Assembly: GCA_051362555.1 (NCBI GenBank)
Contig: CM120642.1
Location: forward strand, 3,658,001 to 3,722,000
DNA length: 64,000 bases
Reading direction: 5' to 3'
Origin: Lingula anatina
Taxonomy: Eukaryota > Animalia > Brachiopoda
Shown: in pieces, positions 24,227 through 37,427 of the stretch
Position numbering within the stretch: position 1 is the stretch's first letter
How the letters are laid out: the number at the start of each line of letters is the position of its first letter
Position numbers and translations under genes: made by a program
The notes under the pieces: generated by a model
What the model was told of the DNA's origin: nothing
What the model saw: the letters and a program-made list of their open reading frames with translations, nothing else
The model's database searches: none

Positions 24227-27200
24227 GAGCTTGTCCACGAGAGAACCAGCCCAGGGTGGCAAGGTGGGGGTCAGCGGATTTCAACCAAATTTGTTGTATG
24301 GAGGCATATTAGGAAGTTATTCATGAGTTAGGAAGGAATCCCAAAAATATCCTTTCTTCAGAGAATTATAGCCTATTATAAGTCATGGCTTATGTAGCCT
24401 CTTTGAGACTCCATTTTTACCTTGGAAAAATAATGATATATTTTGTGTAAATTAAACAAAAATGGAGAAAACTAAAAAATATTAGACCTTACAATCATTG
24501 AAAACAATCATTTGGCTTGCCACAGATATATGTAGAATTCAGATAAGACCCTGCTTGGGCGAGCCACACCCATTTATAACACCCCTCCCCCCAAAGTCCA
24601 ATTTTGATACTACCATCTTTAATTGCATATATCTCCATCTTCACAGGGTTTACAGCTATAAAACTGCATGAATATTTTAGGCAGATATGGGTCATTCCAA
24701 ATCAAGTTTCAAAAGTTACTGCTGTATTAAAACAGGTACTGAAAAATACCTCCAAAGTTGGCCATTTTTAAGGCAAAAAATCATGGTGGATTCATTCAAG
24801 TCTATGTAGACGATAGGTTTGATTAATTTATTAAACCATTTTGCTCTACAATGATGTTACTAAATTTATAGGGCTGGTGAACATGGAAAGTGGGTGTGTA
24901 CTAATGAATATCAGGTCAGTAGGTCAAGGTCACTGGGCTTCATATTTGTAAATTGCCATATATGGACTTCTTAATTTATATGGACAAAAAATTTAGAGGA
25001 AATAAATCATAGATTCTGTTACTTTGGATAGGCACTGGCAATTAACTTGAGAGTTTACAAGATAATTTTAATATATATATATATTTTTTAATATCATCAA
25101 TTTGGTGAATACAAATTAAAATCTTAGTTTAGTAGCGATTTCTTTTTGGTGCAATATTTATCATATTGAGATCAGGATATGCCATAGTATTTATGATAGC
25201 AAAGCCAGAACAAATCTTTTTCAATTATCAAGAGTTTTTTTTTAATCATCCACACCACTTTTTGGTGACTATTTATGAGCATACAGTAACTAAAAAATTA
25301 TTCAATTTAGTTTATTGTTGTCTCAGATGAATAATTACAAATAATAAAAAAATCACAAAATTATAATATAGCAATACATGCAAAGCAGTGCAACATTAGT
25401 TGTGATCATTACAAACTATATCATAATGTAGCAAAACAAGATAATTTTCTATTCAAAAAGCAAAACTAACACAACCGCAAAATATATCCTGGTGTTATGA
25501 AACATCTTTGCAGTTTTGTATCAAACATTACAGCTCATAACATCAAAGTTTTTAATACATTAAAAAATAACTGCCGATTTTTTCTTCCTGAATAGTCTGT
25601 AACCCTCCTTACTGACATTTCAATCTCATCTTCATGCTCACAAATGCTAGGTTCTGCTGGCCTGTTTCTTGTGCCCTTCTAAACTCCTTCAGTAAAAACT
25701 CCTTTACTTTATTTGAATATAGTTTCAAAGGTTTAGATGACTTTAAAGCTCATCCATTGTGTAACTCAGTGAGATATTCAAGAGGGTGGAGTTCTCTCAC
25801 AGCTGATGTGCTTTAAGTTTTTCTTTAGTCAGATTGTTGGCCCACTAGACTTTAATTTGATCAAAAGCTGTTTTTTTTTGGCACATTTCATAACTGTGGT
25901 CTAAAAAAGGACCTTACAAATACTCTTCAGTCTTAGTAGCAAAAGATTTCAGAGAAAACTTCTCTGGACAAGAAAAAATTTCCCTGTTTGTGATCTTGCT
26001 TGGTATAGTCCCAGTTGGCATATTTGCCTCAGAAAAACCCAAATTAACTTTAACATCAGTATCACTCAAGTTAAAACTGCTCAAGGAAGGAAGACACCTT
26101 TTCTCATGTTGTAGGAATCAAGAAAGCTAAATTGTTGTAATTGGACACTCCAGTCCACGCAGGTTTGGAAGATGTCTGTCTAGCTGGATGTAGAAAATGG
26201 CTCCAACTGCAGAAACTAGGGCCTCATGCATCTCCTCAGCATTTGTTATATTGTGGCTTTCATTTACATACATGCCTTTTTACAACAGCCATCATTTCCA
26301 CACTAGTTTCAGTTTCTGCAAGACTTTGGACTCTTTTGCTGACCATAAGATCACTGTGTGTCAAATAACACTTCTCAAATATGCCTGAAATATAAATATA
26401 GCTTACTATAGACACATGAAAACACTTATCTGAAAGTTAATTGATACATTGATGAAAAATAAATTATTATCCCATTTGTCCATGTTTTATAAGTAAGGCA
26501 TGGTTTAGAATATTAATTATGATGAGCGTAGCAATTTTGCCAAGACCAGCCCTAGCTTCAATCTAATTCCAATTGTTACCCTTAAATTTATTTTACCCAA
26601 GTACCATTAAACCTACATAAATACCCACACAAATATAGCTTAAAAGATAAAATTATCACAGGTCCTTAGGCTGCAATTTCATTATTTGAAAGGGGGTATT
26701 TTTCTTTTTAAAAAAATGGAGCGTTTACCATTAAAAAATTACACCTAGATCATTTTTCTGAGTGAACTTTTTTTCTGGATTTTAGCCTGTATTAAAATAC
26801 AAACAAACCCGTTTCTTACCTGAACCAAGTGGCATCAGTATATTCAAATGGCTTTTTGTCTACACTGACATCTGCAAGTTAATCCCATGACATATTTCGT
26901 TATAGGCTCGTTTTCCCGTGTGGATGGTTTCCAGCACAAACCATGCCCATATCCCAGTGCTGGTCACATGGTGTAACCCATTTATTCTCCCAAAGATACT
27001 TGAAAAAGTCCAATTGCTGTCATCGGATACAAAAGAATTCACACCTGACAAGAATCAGTGTGCTTTCGTAACTCACGCTGTTTTGCTTCACGTAAACGCG
27101 ACGAAGATGACTGTTAATATCTCTGTTGCAATTTTTCAATACACTACATGTTTTTTTATATCTGTAGACAGAGTATAAACCACATGATATACGACTTCGT

Positions 27201-28001
27201 TGAGGAAGATTTGTAAACAAACAGTCTGCGATTTCCGCCATGTTGGATAATGACGTTGTGTTGTTCTGACGTTAATACATTAGTTTCACATGGTTTTAAA
27301 ATGTGTTAGATGCTTGTTTTAACCAGAAAAAAAATTAGAATAGGTAAAATGAAAATAAAAAGTTCAATAACAGTGTTTTAAACCATTCGTTGACTTGAAA
27401 GAGATGGCTGAAGTTCAGTGCACCGATATACGTGTTCGGATATATTTACGAAAAATGAAGAAATTAGGTCATGTTCTATCTGTTACAACGGACAAGTTGT
27501 AGAACAGCAGTAAGTTTTGATTTCATGTATAAATAGATTAATGAGTTATCTGTTAGTCCTGAACACGCTTTACCCCGAAGACCTGTGAAGATGAAGATAT
27601 TGTCAAAAATAGAAGGGGGGTGTTCAAAGCATGTGGTTTGTAGGCCTGAGAAAAACGCTTGGTTTGTTACCATGGAAACAAAGAGAGTGGAAAAAGTGTA
27701 TATCATTTTAATCCCCTATCTTTACGTTATAATATATCACCAAACTAAATCATTTGGTGACACCTGTATAAACTTTAAGGCCAATCAATATAACCCTGTT
27801 TTTCAGAAGAATTTTTGGTTGATAAACCCCCCAAATTGTCACTGGCCATATCTCTGTAAGTAGGGATTTTTTTCAGGAAATATTGCAGCCTCAGATATTG
27901 TTCATATAAAGGTTCAAACACACCAAATATGATGTAAATCCGTTCACCCCCACCTTGCCGCATTTTCTACATTTGGTTTGGTTTTTCTCGTGGACACACA
28001 C
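24227..28001 (-). mobile_element. 3.8-kb TTAA-target DNA transposon, probably Sola3-like (Kolobok alternative), with decayed coding remnant
   Basis: TTAA at 24223-26 and 28002-05; empty single TTAA at 43471-74 in the paralogous copy; ends gagcttgtccacgagagaacc / ggtttttctcgtggacacacac with imperfect inverted similarity over ~150 bp; broken Cys/His-containing frames at ~27241-25600 on the minus strand. Confidence 0.8.
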
Positions 28002-28919
28002 TTAAGTTATAAGCCACTCATCACAATATGTATACATGTACATGTATGTATAGTGTCAAAATTAGAATGGGGAAAATAGCGACAAATTATGTGACTTTTT
28101 CCTAATTTTTTTTTTCATTATTACATATCATCATCTGTTCAGAGGGGCAGGGAGGTCTTATTATACATACATACATACATACATACATACATACCACCAG
28201 GGCACGAGCAAATTGGGGAAAATAGCGACAAAATTATACAAATCATGTGACTTTTTTACTTATTCTTTTTATTTCTATATATTATCATCTGTTCAGAGTT
28301 ACAGGACCTATTACATGCGCGCGCGCACACACACACACACACGTACAAATGTACAACTAGGGCACTATTCTTTGTTGTTCACGAGGAAGTGTGGTGCTCT
28401 ATGAGTTAAATATTCACTTCAAAAGTCATCTTTGGTGGAGACATGACATAACGAAGGAAACAATACAATTTGTAATCGTGATGTGGTACCATTACTTCCT
28501 GGGTATGAGAGATAGGAAAATATACGCAGTAAACATTTTCCTGTGAAATTAATTTAATGGGTAAAAAAAGAAAAGGCATATGCTTTCTTCACAAACATTT
28601 ATTAAATATTGAAATAGCATGTTCCTGTCCCAACTGCACCAATCTAAAACAAAAAAACTAACATCGCCAAAAAGTTAATTTTTCGCATGCATAAGCCTAA
28701 AAGAAAATAAAGCATCGTCCCACCCTTCGTTAATGTTTGCCATTACAAACGGATATATATTTAGACAGTCAGTATTGTGATAATATGTACTACTTTTGTT
28801 CCTTTTCATGAAGTAGAAATATGTACTTGTTTTGCTCATTTTACTGAATAAGACCAAAGCATTATATAGTTACACTTTATCCTCTTTTAAGATTAAAATC
28901 GACGAAAAACGTTTCCTGG

Positions 28920-31900
28920 TTACAAGCAGGTAACCCCCACGTCCCTCTGGTGGGAACAGGAAATACCACCCCGCACACTGTGTTGGCACAGGTCCAATCT
29001 GGCCTCTGTGCCGCTGCAGGAGACATTTTGTATCCAAACAGGCCCCTCGCCCGCACCATAGTGGGCTCCAACATGGACAGCTGGGCTAGAATGAGGGAGG
29101 TTGAGCTGCTTGCAAACTACCTTGGCGGCCTTGACATTAAAGTTATCATCGCACACGGTACCCCATTGGCCATCCACTAAGATTTCAACACGCCCCCGAT
29201 ATGGCGTTCCACCATTTACCAAACGGAGACGCCATTCCTGCTTGGGATTTTCTAAAAATTGGAAATTGGAAAGAGTATTTATCCATGACAATTACCATTT
29301 TGTTGACATTTGAATTTATATATATATATATTGTGACGAAAATCGCATAACAGAACAACACATCAAATTGATAGACAAAGTATGCAATATCTTAATTTTT
29401 TTTATCAGTTTATGTCAGCTTCACACCGTGTGTATTTTTCTGATGATTATATTCATACATGTCAAGCTAAAATTTGGAAGCATCACTATTTTGAATAATT
29501 ATAAAATAACCAAATGAGCTTAGGTAAATATTTTAACCAAATGCTGATGGATAATGCACCCACCATTTGCTACCTTTTTACACATTGAAGGTTTTCCAAA
29601 TGCATGATATTTTTTTAATTATTGAAAAACAATTTCATGTTTCCGAACTTTTTTAGTCGATTGTATTATTATTGTGTATAGTATAAGATATTCGCCGATA
29701 CTGAATATAAAGCAGAATACACAGAAAACCCTCTAAAACCTGATTGATCTGTTGGGCTATAGCGAGGTGCTTCATCGTGTATAGTGTAGCTATCTTCATG
29801 AACGCAGTCGGCGCCCGGGAGACCAGGGGGACCAGGTGGACCTCTAAGGCCAGGTAAACCTAAATAATAAAGAAACTTAATCAAAGTCTAGATTAAAAGT
29901 CTAGATTAACAAATTACAAGCAATTTCATTTCATGTTTTGCATGATCAGTTGGAATTTTTACCGATAACTTTTTATTAAATATGACTAATGCGTATAATG
30001 TCATCCACAAAAATACAAGCTTAAACAAACTTAAACACGTTTGTATTTTAATACAAATTTTAATTTTTTTAAAAAAAGTTGAATAAAATCGCATTTCGAA
30101 TTGTGAACGCTAATGTGCCTTTCGTAAAAATAAAAAGAATATGGCATTCTTCTATCTCATTTCAAATAAGATATAGGTCAGTTGAATAATCTTTTTGTAA
30201 TGAAGGTTTTTTTTACATACCACTTACTACCTTAAAAGTGGTTTTATTATTAGTATTTCATTGTTGTTATTCATTCTCATAACCAAATATCGTAAAAGTC
30301 ACTGGTTCTCCCCCACATACCTCGGGGACCAGGAAATCCAATGGAGCCTACTGGACCTCGAATGCCTGGAGCCCCCACCTCTCCTTTTTCGCCCTTACAT
30401 CCACATCCGTCGAGTTCTCCGATGAGTCCAGCCGACTCCATTGTGCTTCTCCTTCCTATCATCTCTACTTCCCCTTTCGGACCTAGCCATCCAGGGTTGC
30501 CCTTTTCTCCGTTTCCGGGCGGGCCAGGAATGCCATTAGTGCCAGGAATCCTAGGGATCTCCGATGATCCCGGAAAGCCCGGAGGACCTAAAAGGATACA
30601 GTAACTGACTTGTTCATTCGTCTTAATAAATGATCACAGTATAATAATAAGGATTTTAGTGCCTGACTATAGTTTACGTATAAGGTTTAAAAAACTTTTC
30701 ATAGTGCTGCACTGCTGAGTCCGACACTCACTCACTCGTCATCATATCATTGATCCAAACAACACGCTCAGACTCCGACCAAAAAATTGAAAAAGAGTGG
30801 TGAGCAAGGTTTTATGTGACGCACGCAGTGTAGAGATATATAAGTTTTTCTTTTAAAATTTTATCCTAAGCAGCACAAATAAAGGGAATAACATCAAAGA
30901 ATGAACAGGGCTAAGATTGATCAGCTTCCTCAGAAAAGAAGACGACAGATGGGAAAGGAGAGAGCTGGTGGCAAAATCCTGAAATGGCGCTCCTACGGTA
31001 AACCAGACTGCGGGATAGGATAGGATAGGACAGGACAGGACAAGAAGCAGCGCTGTGTCGGTCTTGCCATATATCCTCTTACTTCTTACTGGTAACTGTG
31101 CAGTCTCAGTATTCCGAGAAAGCTCAAATTCCAAGGCTTTAATTCTTGCCTCCAGCTGCTGCATTCGTTGTTCGAATGAAATACTCTCGTTGGCGATCTC
31201 TCTTTTGACGGACTGTAATAAAATTAAAAAGCCTGTGAGTAAGGTCTTTTAGTGAAGAAGATAGCAACTTGGGGACTTCTTGTGTCTACTTTTCAATCCT
31301 AACCTCTACTTGTCAAGTCGTTAAGTTGCCTTGTTTTTAAATAATTTAAGCTATTTCGTAAAGTTTCTGATATAATATGATTAAGCCTTCTATCAAGGTC
31401 AATCAGTGGAGCACGTTGACGTCCATCTTGGATTTTTGCAAAATGCCCAAAGATACTCACTTGCTATCCAACATATACATCCTCGACATTTAATAAAATG
31501 TTTTAGATATAAAGGTATACCAAGGCAAAAAAGTATTATTTTTGGGGGAACGTGAAATATGCGAATTAGAGAAATAAGTAGTCAGGTTTGTCAGTACCAA
31601 TTATCTTATTGCATTGTGTGAAGCACTGTTGCATTACGTAATGTTTGGTGTTTTCTTTGGGTAGTACTCTTTGTGCTGGTCCAAGTAATACTCTACGCGC
31701 ATGGTTCAACCAAAAACTTCTCAATATTTCGGCATCGCCTGCACAGTAGATATTGAAATTTTGTATATAAGTAGCAAAAACTGAGTGAAGAAGTGTGTGC
31801 CAGAATGGCGCAAAACAGATAGACATTGACAGATAGCTTATTGTGTCACATGGAATGCACTGCACTGTCTAACAGTGATATGCCCAGACTGGTGTACCAA

Positions 31901-34652
31901 CACAGAGGCAAAGCCCAAGGCACCCAAAACCTACCACCGGAAACAGAACCCAATGTTCTTCACCCAAACCCAATATAGAGGTGCATTTCACATGCTGAAG
32001 TGTCAAAAAATAAAAATGAATGAATTCCAAATTGTATACAATATTTCAAAACATATATGTGTATAGAACAAAAATCCACGACTGTCTCAACTGAAATTCA
32101 ATTTTTAAATTTTGCCATGTCTTTAACATTACGCAAAGAGCCTTATACCCCCTGTATGGTAACGTATGTTCCAAAAAACCGTACGGTAACGTATGTTCTT
32201 GCCATTTAATTTGCATTTTTATGCCGCGTTCCGATATATATTTTTAGTGGTTCAGTCATGGTAAATTAGACATGACGTAAGGACGTTTTTATAAATATTT
32301 AAACTGTATCTCTACAAGGGGCTTTGCGTCTACACTTATACTAGGTAACGATGTTCCCTAGAAAAAATGTCAAAATGTTTCATTTTGTTCAAATACTTGT
32401 GTGCAAGAGATACAATGTTTTCTTTTGCTTACCGAACAATATATTGTTCCATGATAGTTTGACATTTCTGATATAATATTTGGATCATGAAGGGAAAAAA
32501 TTTTATTTAATGCTTATTTCACTGTCAGTAGGGTGTATTTTCCCTATTTTTTTTTTAATATTCTGTGACAAGCAAACTAAAGTCAAAAACAATTAACTGC
32601 TCTATACAGAAGATTATTATAATTTTTAGCAACGTTATAGGCCTACTTGTAGGAGATAAATCAATGAACAAAACCAGTGATGACTGAATTTTCCAAGTGA
32701 GTAGAACGTTTCACAGTTAGACGTTTTGTATTTGTGACAGTAACGTATGTTCCTTTTTGGGGTTAAACGATTAATTATTTTTAATTATTCATGGTTCCAG
32801 GAGAGTGAAACTTTAATACAAGCTTCTTCATGTGGGACCCTAAAATAATCAAACACAGTTAGCAATCTGTGCAGTAAATATTTTTAATAACATGCTTGTG
32901 ACATCAATTGCACCTCTATATTGGGTTTGGGTGTGTTACGTATGACGTTGCTACTCCAACTAAACAAAGACAACCCATTCCCTTCAGACTGAGGGAGAGA
33001 TTGCCATTAGTAAGTGTTTGCAAGACCCTTTGCTACTACCGGACTGGTTTAAGCAGGTTAATATACCAGGCGACCTCTGAGGAAGCCTCAAAATCGTCGT
33101 TCACTTCTGCTATGAGATGGGAACCATCAACCTATTTGGGCACATCATTGAGACCATGTGGTTTTCTCTCATGAAATCAGATTTCATCTGTAACGCCAAG
33201 CTGCTCAAATTAGACTTCACAAATATTCCGAATAGACCTCTGACTAAGTGTGGCGGGGCGGTGTATTTAGTGCGGAATTCACGTTGGTGCCAAAACCTCA
33301 TTGGTAGTCATCGACGGAAACCTGAACTAGATCAAATGCAGGAATGTCCTGGAAACCAGCTGCCTCCCATTTGTTAGTGAGGACCTCGAGAACAATTTTC
33401 TCAAACAGAGCACTTGCAATTGAAGATAACTTGTAAAACCAAGGTCTGAGCAGCTACCGCGGCCACCAAGGTCGCCAGATCTGAAGCCTATAGACAATCT
33501 GTGGGTAGCCAGTACTCGTCGTATCAACAGCCTACTGATCCTAGAACAACTATGAATCCAGTTGAACAAACTGCTATCAATGCCTGGAATTATATTGTCC
33601 CAGATCAACCTCCAAGAAACCTGTCAGTAAGTATACCTGCCGCTTGAGAGCCCTGGTAAGCAGCCAGATGAAGCACCACTGACCGCTGCTGTAACTAGAT
33701 ATGATATGATCACTGATATGATCGTCCTTTGTTGGGCGCATAACTCTTTCACAGGTGATAATTTGGAAAATTTGAAGATTGAAATATCGCTTTTAATGGT
33801 CGTTGTATGACTCAGCCATGTATTTTTGTTGTTTGCTCATTTAGCTGAATTCATTAAAGGAAATGATATTAGAATTACCTTGAATTAATTGTAAAAAGGC
33901 AATAAAACACAATATAAATCCTTGTTTTCATTTATATATTTAAAAAAATTCACATTAAATGTCAGGTCTGTATATACCATAGTAGTTATGAGGATATTTA
34001 TGGAAACACTAACATCAACTTCATTTCATAATTCTCTCCCTGCCTTCATACTGTATATTAACTCCCTGTTAATATACAGTATGAACCTCATGCTATTGAT
34101 ATTAAAGAGTATTTCCTGGTCAATGATAAATCTGCGGGCGTGATTCAATATACAACAAAATCAAGAACACAGCTAATGTTAATGTTGATTACATTATCGT
34201 TGACGGCTTAAAGATGAATATGTACCGTATGCTATGGAATTTAATACACTTTCCAAGTTTCTGCATTGAGACATGCATTAAGACATGCACTGTGATGTCT
34301 TATCAAATTAAGAACATTTTTCCTATCTCGTATCATTGTTTCCCTAGTGTCCCATTACAACCCTTGTTTTCAGATGTACTCTGAGTTATTCTTATTATAT
34401 AGAGAGATCAGACTAAAAAACTAGACGATCACATATTTTCAAAATTTACACAGTAAACCAATAAAAAATAAAACTGATATAAAGAAAACAAAAATCAAAT
34501 TGAACGACGAGATATCTTGACATGGAGTAAACTCTTACCCGAATTTCATTTGATCTTTCCAAAATATCATAATCTCCAGTTGTAGTTCTACCCTGACTTT
34601 GAACAAAATATAAAATAATTAAGGAGCAAACGAAGTTTTCAATCACGTGCAT
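28920..34652 (-). CDS. Gene B1: secreted short-collagen + SRCR protein, 320 aa; exons 34652-34539, 31212-31083, 30587-30321, 29859-29740, 29251-28920
   Basis: Canonical borders, phases 0,1,1,1, total 963 nt. Signal-like MHVIENFVCSLIILYFVQS, heptad exon, interrupted Gly-X-Y with GCGC, 6-Cys SRCR. The exon 4 donor (cag|gtttta) is weak but positionally conserved in B2 and B3. Confidence 0.82.
31961..32933. mobile_element. 973-bp non-autonomous DNA transposon with perfect 25-bp TIRs
   Basis: cacccaaacccaatatagaggtgca at 31961-85 and its exact reverse complement at 32909-33; internal gtaacgtatgttc repeats; empty site in the B3 intron near 57918; degenerate 7-8 bp TSD (tgttctt / tgttacgt). Confidence 0.85.
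33040..33700 (+). mobile_element. Decayed Tc1/mariner transposase remnant in B1 intron 1
   Basis: Fragments translate to HVVFSHEIRFHL (cf. VLFSDESRF), LVVIDGNLN and LPRPPRSPDLKPIDNLW (cf. WPxxSPDLNPIENLW); frameshifted. Confidence 0.75.
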
Positions 34653-34936
34653 CTTTCGGGTCTTCTTCAGCTACATTGCCTGAAACCCTGTTGTAACTAA
34701 TACCCCGTTCACACTACAATCTGAAATATCCGGATATTTGAAATATAAAGGGTGAAAAATTCGATTCGCTTGTCTGGCCACACACAGTACAGCGGAACCG
34801 AATCGCATACTGAAAATCCAGATGCGGGTTCAGGTTTGAATAATCGCGCATGCGCAGAATCTATGTATACAAAAAATATGGCGGCAATCATTGCTCTTTT
34901 CGCACTCTGTTTTTTCTGCACGTTTGTGTTTGGGAC

Positions 34937-35157
34937 TAGGTGAGACCGGGGCTAGCTGGACCCCGGGGTAAGCTGGACCCCCATCAAGTCTCTCAAGTTA
35001 GTTTAAGATGCTAAATTATTTCATTTGGACTCACTGCCGACGCTTTCTTAGCACTATACAAAACGATGTGATCAATTCTTTTTACCCCATAGTTACTTTG
35101 TCATAAATTGATGGGGGAAAACTTACCCCGGGGTCCAACTAGCCCCGGTCTTCCTTA
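34937..35157. mobile_element. ~220-bp MITE with ~50-bp imperfect TIRs at the duplication junction
   Basis: taggtgagaccggggctagctggaccccggggtaag versus cttaccccggggtccaactagccccggtcttcctta; TA at both ends. Confidence 0.8.
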
Positions 35158-36078
35158 CTACCTCAATCTTTGCCGCGCTACTAGTGACACTTGGCATCAC
35201 CTGAACGTGCGGATTTCATTCCGAGCTGTAACATTTGTGCCTTAAGGCTTTGATTAAGACTCTTTGATTAACATTCACATAAACAATATTAGATATACCT
35301 GTAATAACTTTCTAAATCTTTTAAAGTGGACAAGAAAGGTCCAAATAGCTTGTTACTAAGATAATTTACTTCCATTGCAACGGTCGCTAAGCAACGCTTT
35401 GAAATTTTGGGCACTGCCCTTGAAAATTATCAGCATAGTCCAAAGAACGTTTGTGCCAAGTTTCATGCTTTTTTCACATTCTGAGTAATTTGGACAATTT
35501 ATAGCACCAATCATCCAGACTAATTGTCTTTCTCATTTTTCTTATTATTAAAAGTTATTTGAAAATATAATCTTAATAAAAAATATTAATGTAGCCTAAT
35601 AAAAAGTTGTTTCCAACCCTGGCTTCATCAAAGTTACTGACACTGTATACTATTATATTTCTCTATCACGTATTGATCTTAGTGCACTTCTTGATTGATA
35701 CGTGTAATTATTGATGTAATAGGCTTATATCAATCGATTGATGATGATGGGGTGTTATAACGTGTTGATATGTATTAATATATAATAATAGTAATGTACA
35801 GTTGTGTAGTTAAAGTTGAACAGATGTCTTGTTGCGTATAATTTGGTAATACTATAAGTGTTGGGAATTTTCAAAGGGTCGTTCACGGATTTTTTCTTCT
35901 TTGAAATTCAGTATTTTCATTGTTCGTTATCTATATGCTCAGAGACATGTCAGGTCCCAACTAAGTCAATATTTATAAGGCTGATATAATTGAGCATAAA
36001 GCTAATATTTTACCGAGTTATTGAAAGATGTATAAAAATTCTGCAGAACAGTCTAATTGCTACATTGTAAAGTCAAAA

Positions 36079-36115
36079 GTAGATGTAGCTCAGTGGTAGA
36101 GCGCACGCTTTGCAC
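36079..36115 (+). pseudogene. 5'-half tRNA-Ala(TGC)-like relic, duplicated copy
   Basis: gatgtagctcagtggtagagcgcacgctttgca is close to the canonical tRNA-Ala 5' half; the 3' half is absent. Confidence 0.65.
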
Positions 36116-37427
36116 CCACATCTTCAACTACTTCTGTTTGTATTAAAATTGAAAAGAAATGGTTGTTAATATGTGGTGGCCTACATAAAAATCATAGAAT
36201 ATTTTAATGACTTCACTTGCACTAAAATGCTCCATAAAAGCAGTGCTGAAACCAAATATTTTACCTCAAATTGCCACTCTATTTTTATTTTTTATCGCAT
36301 TTCCCGCTTGGTCTATTTGTAATATGTCATTTCACTGGTCTAGGGCTCAAACAGAAGTGTGTTAAAAGGCGTTTGTCTTTTTAATGTATTTTTATGTAAT
36401 TTTATCCAGTCTAAGCAATCAAAGTTTGTAAGTGACACATGGCAACTACGGGTGGGTGTCACAACCCAAAAAATTTATGAGTATTGTAATTACGGGTATG
36501 GTTAAAAGGAAGAACATTTTCACACAGGTTTTTCAAACACTAAATGGGCTGAAATTTTCGACTGGTCTCCCTTTAAACATGGCAAATGTTATGCTCCAAA
36601 CAGATCTATGCAAAATGTTATGTTTTTTCCAGTTTTCGGAGCAAATTTTCAGTTAGCAGGCCCATATTATATTTGTGCGCTATTTTCCTCGTCTACTTAG
36701 ATATTTATTAACAATGTACATATATAATATATAATATACAATATTTATCAAAATTCTTCTCTCTGAAACACTCAACCAAAAATAAAGCCCAGCTTGTATA
36801 CATTGTATCCACTTTTTTCACCGACACCCCCACAAAAATTCAATAAATCATGTTTTAGCATGGCACATTTCAAAGGGTCACATAGTTGTTTGGTAAATAA
36901 TTGAATAATTTTGACATTAGGAAACATACAATATATTTCAGTATTGCTATTTTGTTTACTTTTAATTTGCAAATCTCGATCGAACAAACAGAAGTAATTT
37001 TTTAACATTCATGTGGTATATTTTACTTACAAAATCCCACTTGTAAATTTACCCACTATGATAAAAAATAGTAGTTAGAACACATTTTATGGCGCCTTAA
37101 CTAAAATGACATTGATGTTTTACCTATCTGCTATTGTCGTTATGGTACAAATGTACATCAAATTTTAACTTTAATAACACTTTCCCCGGTTCTACATATA
37201 AATTATTATAAAACTTAAATCGTCATGAAAAAAGTAAAGTTTGCACAACATTTAGGCCAGTTTAGAACATAGAAATGTCCTGCATTTCGCAAATTTTGTT
37301 GTGTTGGAGTACGAAATACACTTTAAAACTGCATAATCATGTTAAATCATAAGTAGGCCTATTGTTGATGCTTTTTGACCTCTCAAATCGCTATTCAAGT
37401 GTCTTCCTGCAAAGTTACGAAAGCTAG

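Larger units (their letters stand above)
16255..34936. repeat. Segmental tandem duplication, copy 1 (genes A1+B1)
   Basis: Colinear with 35528-48845 across exons, introns and spacers; the length difference is largely the 3.8-kb and 1-kb transposon insertions. Confidence 0.9.
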
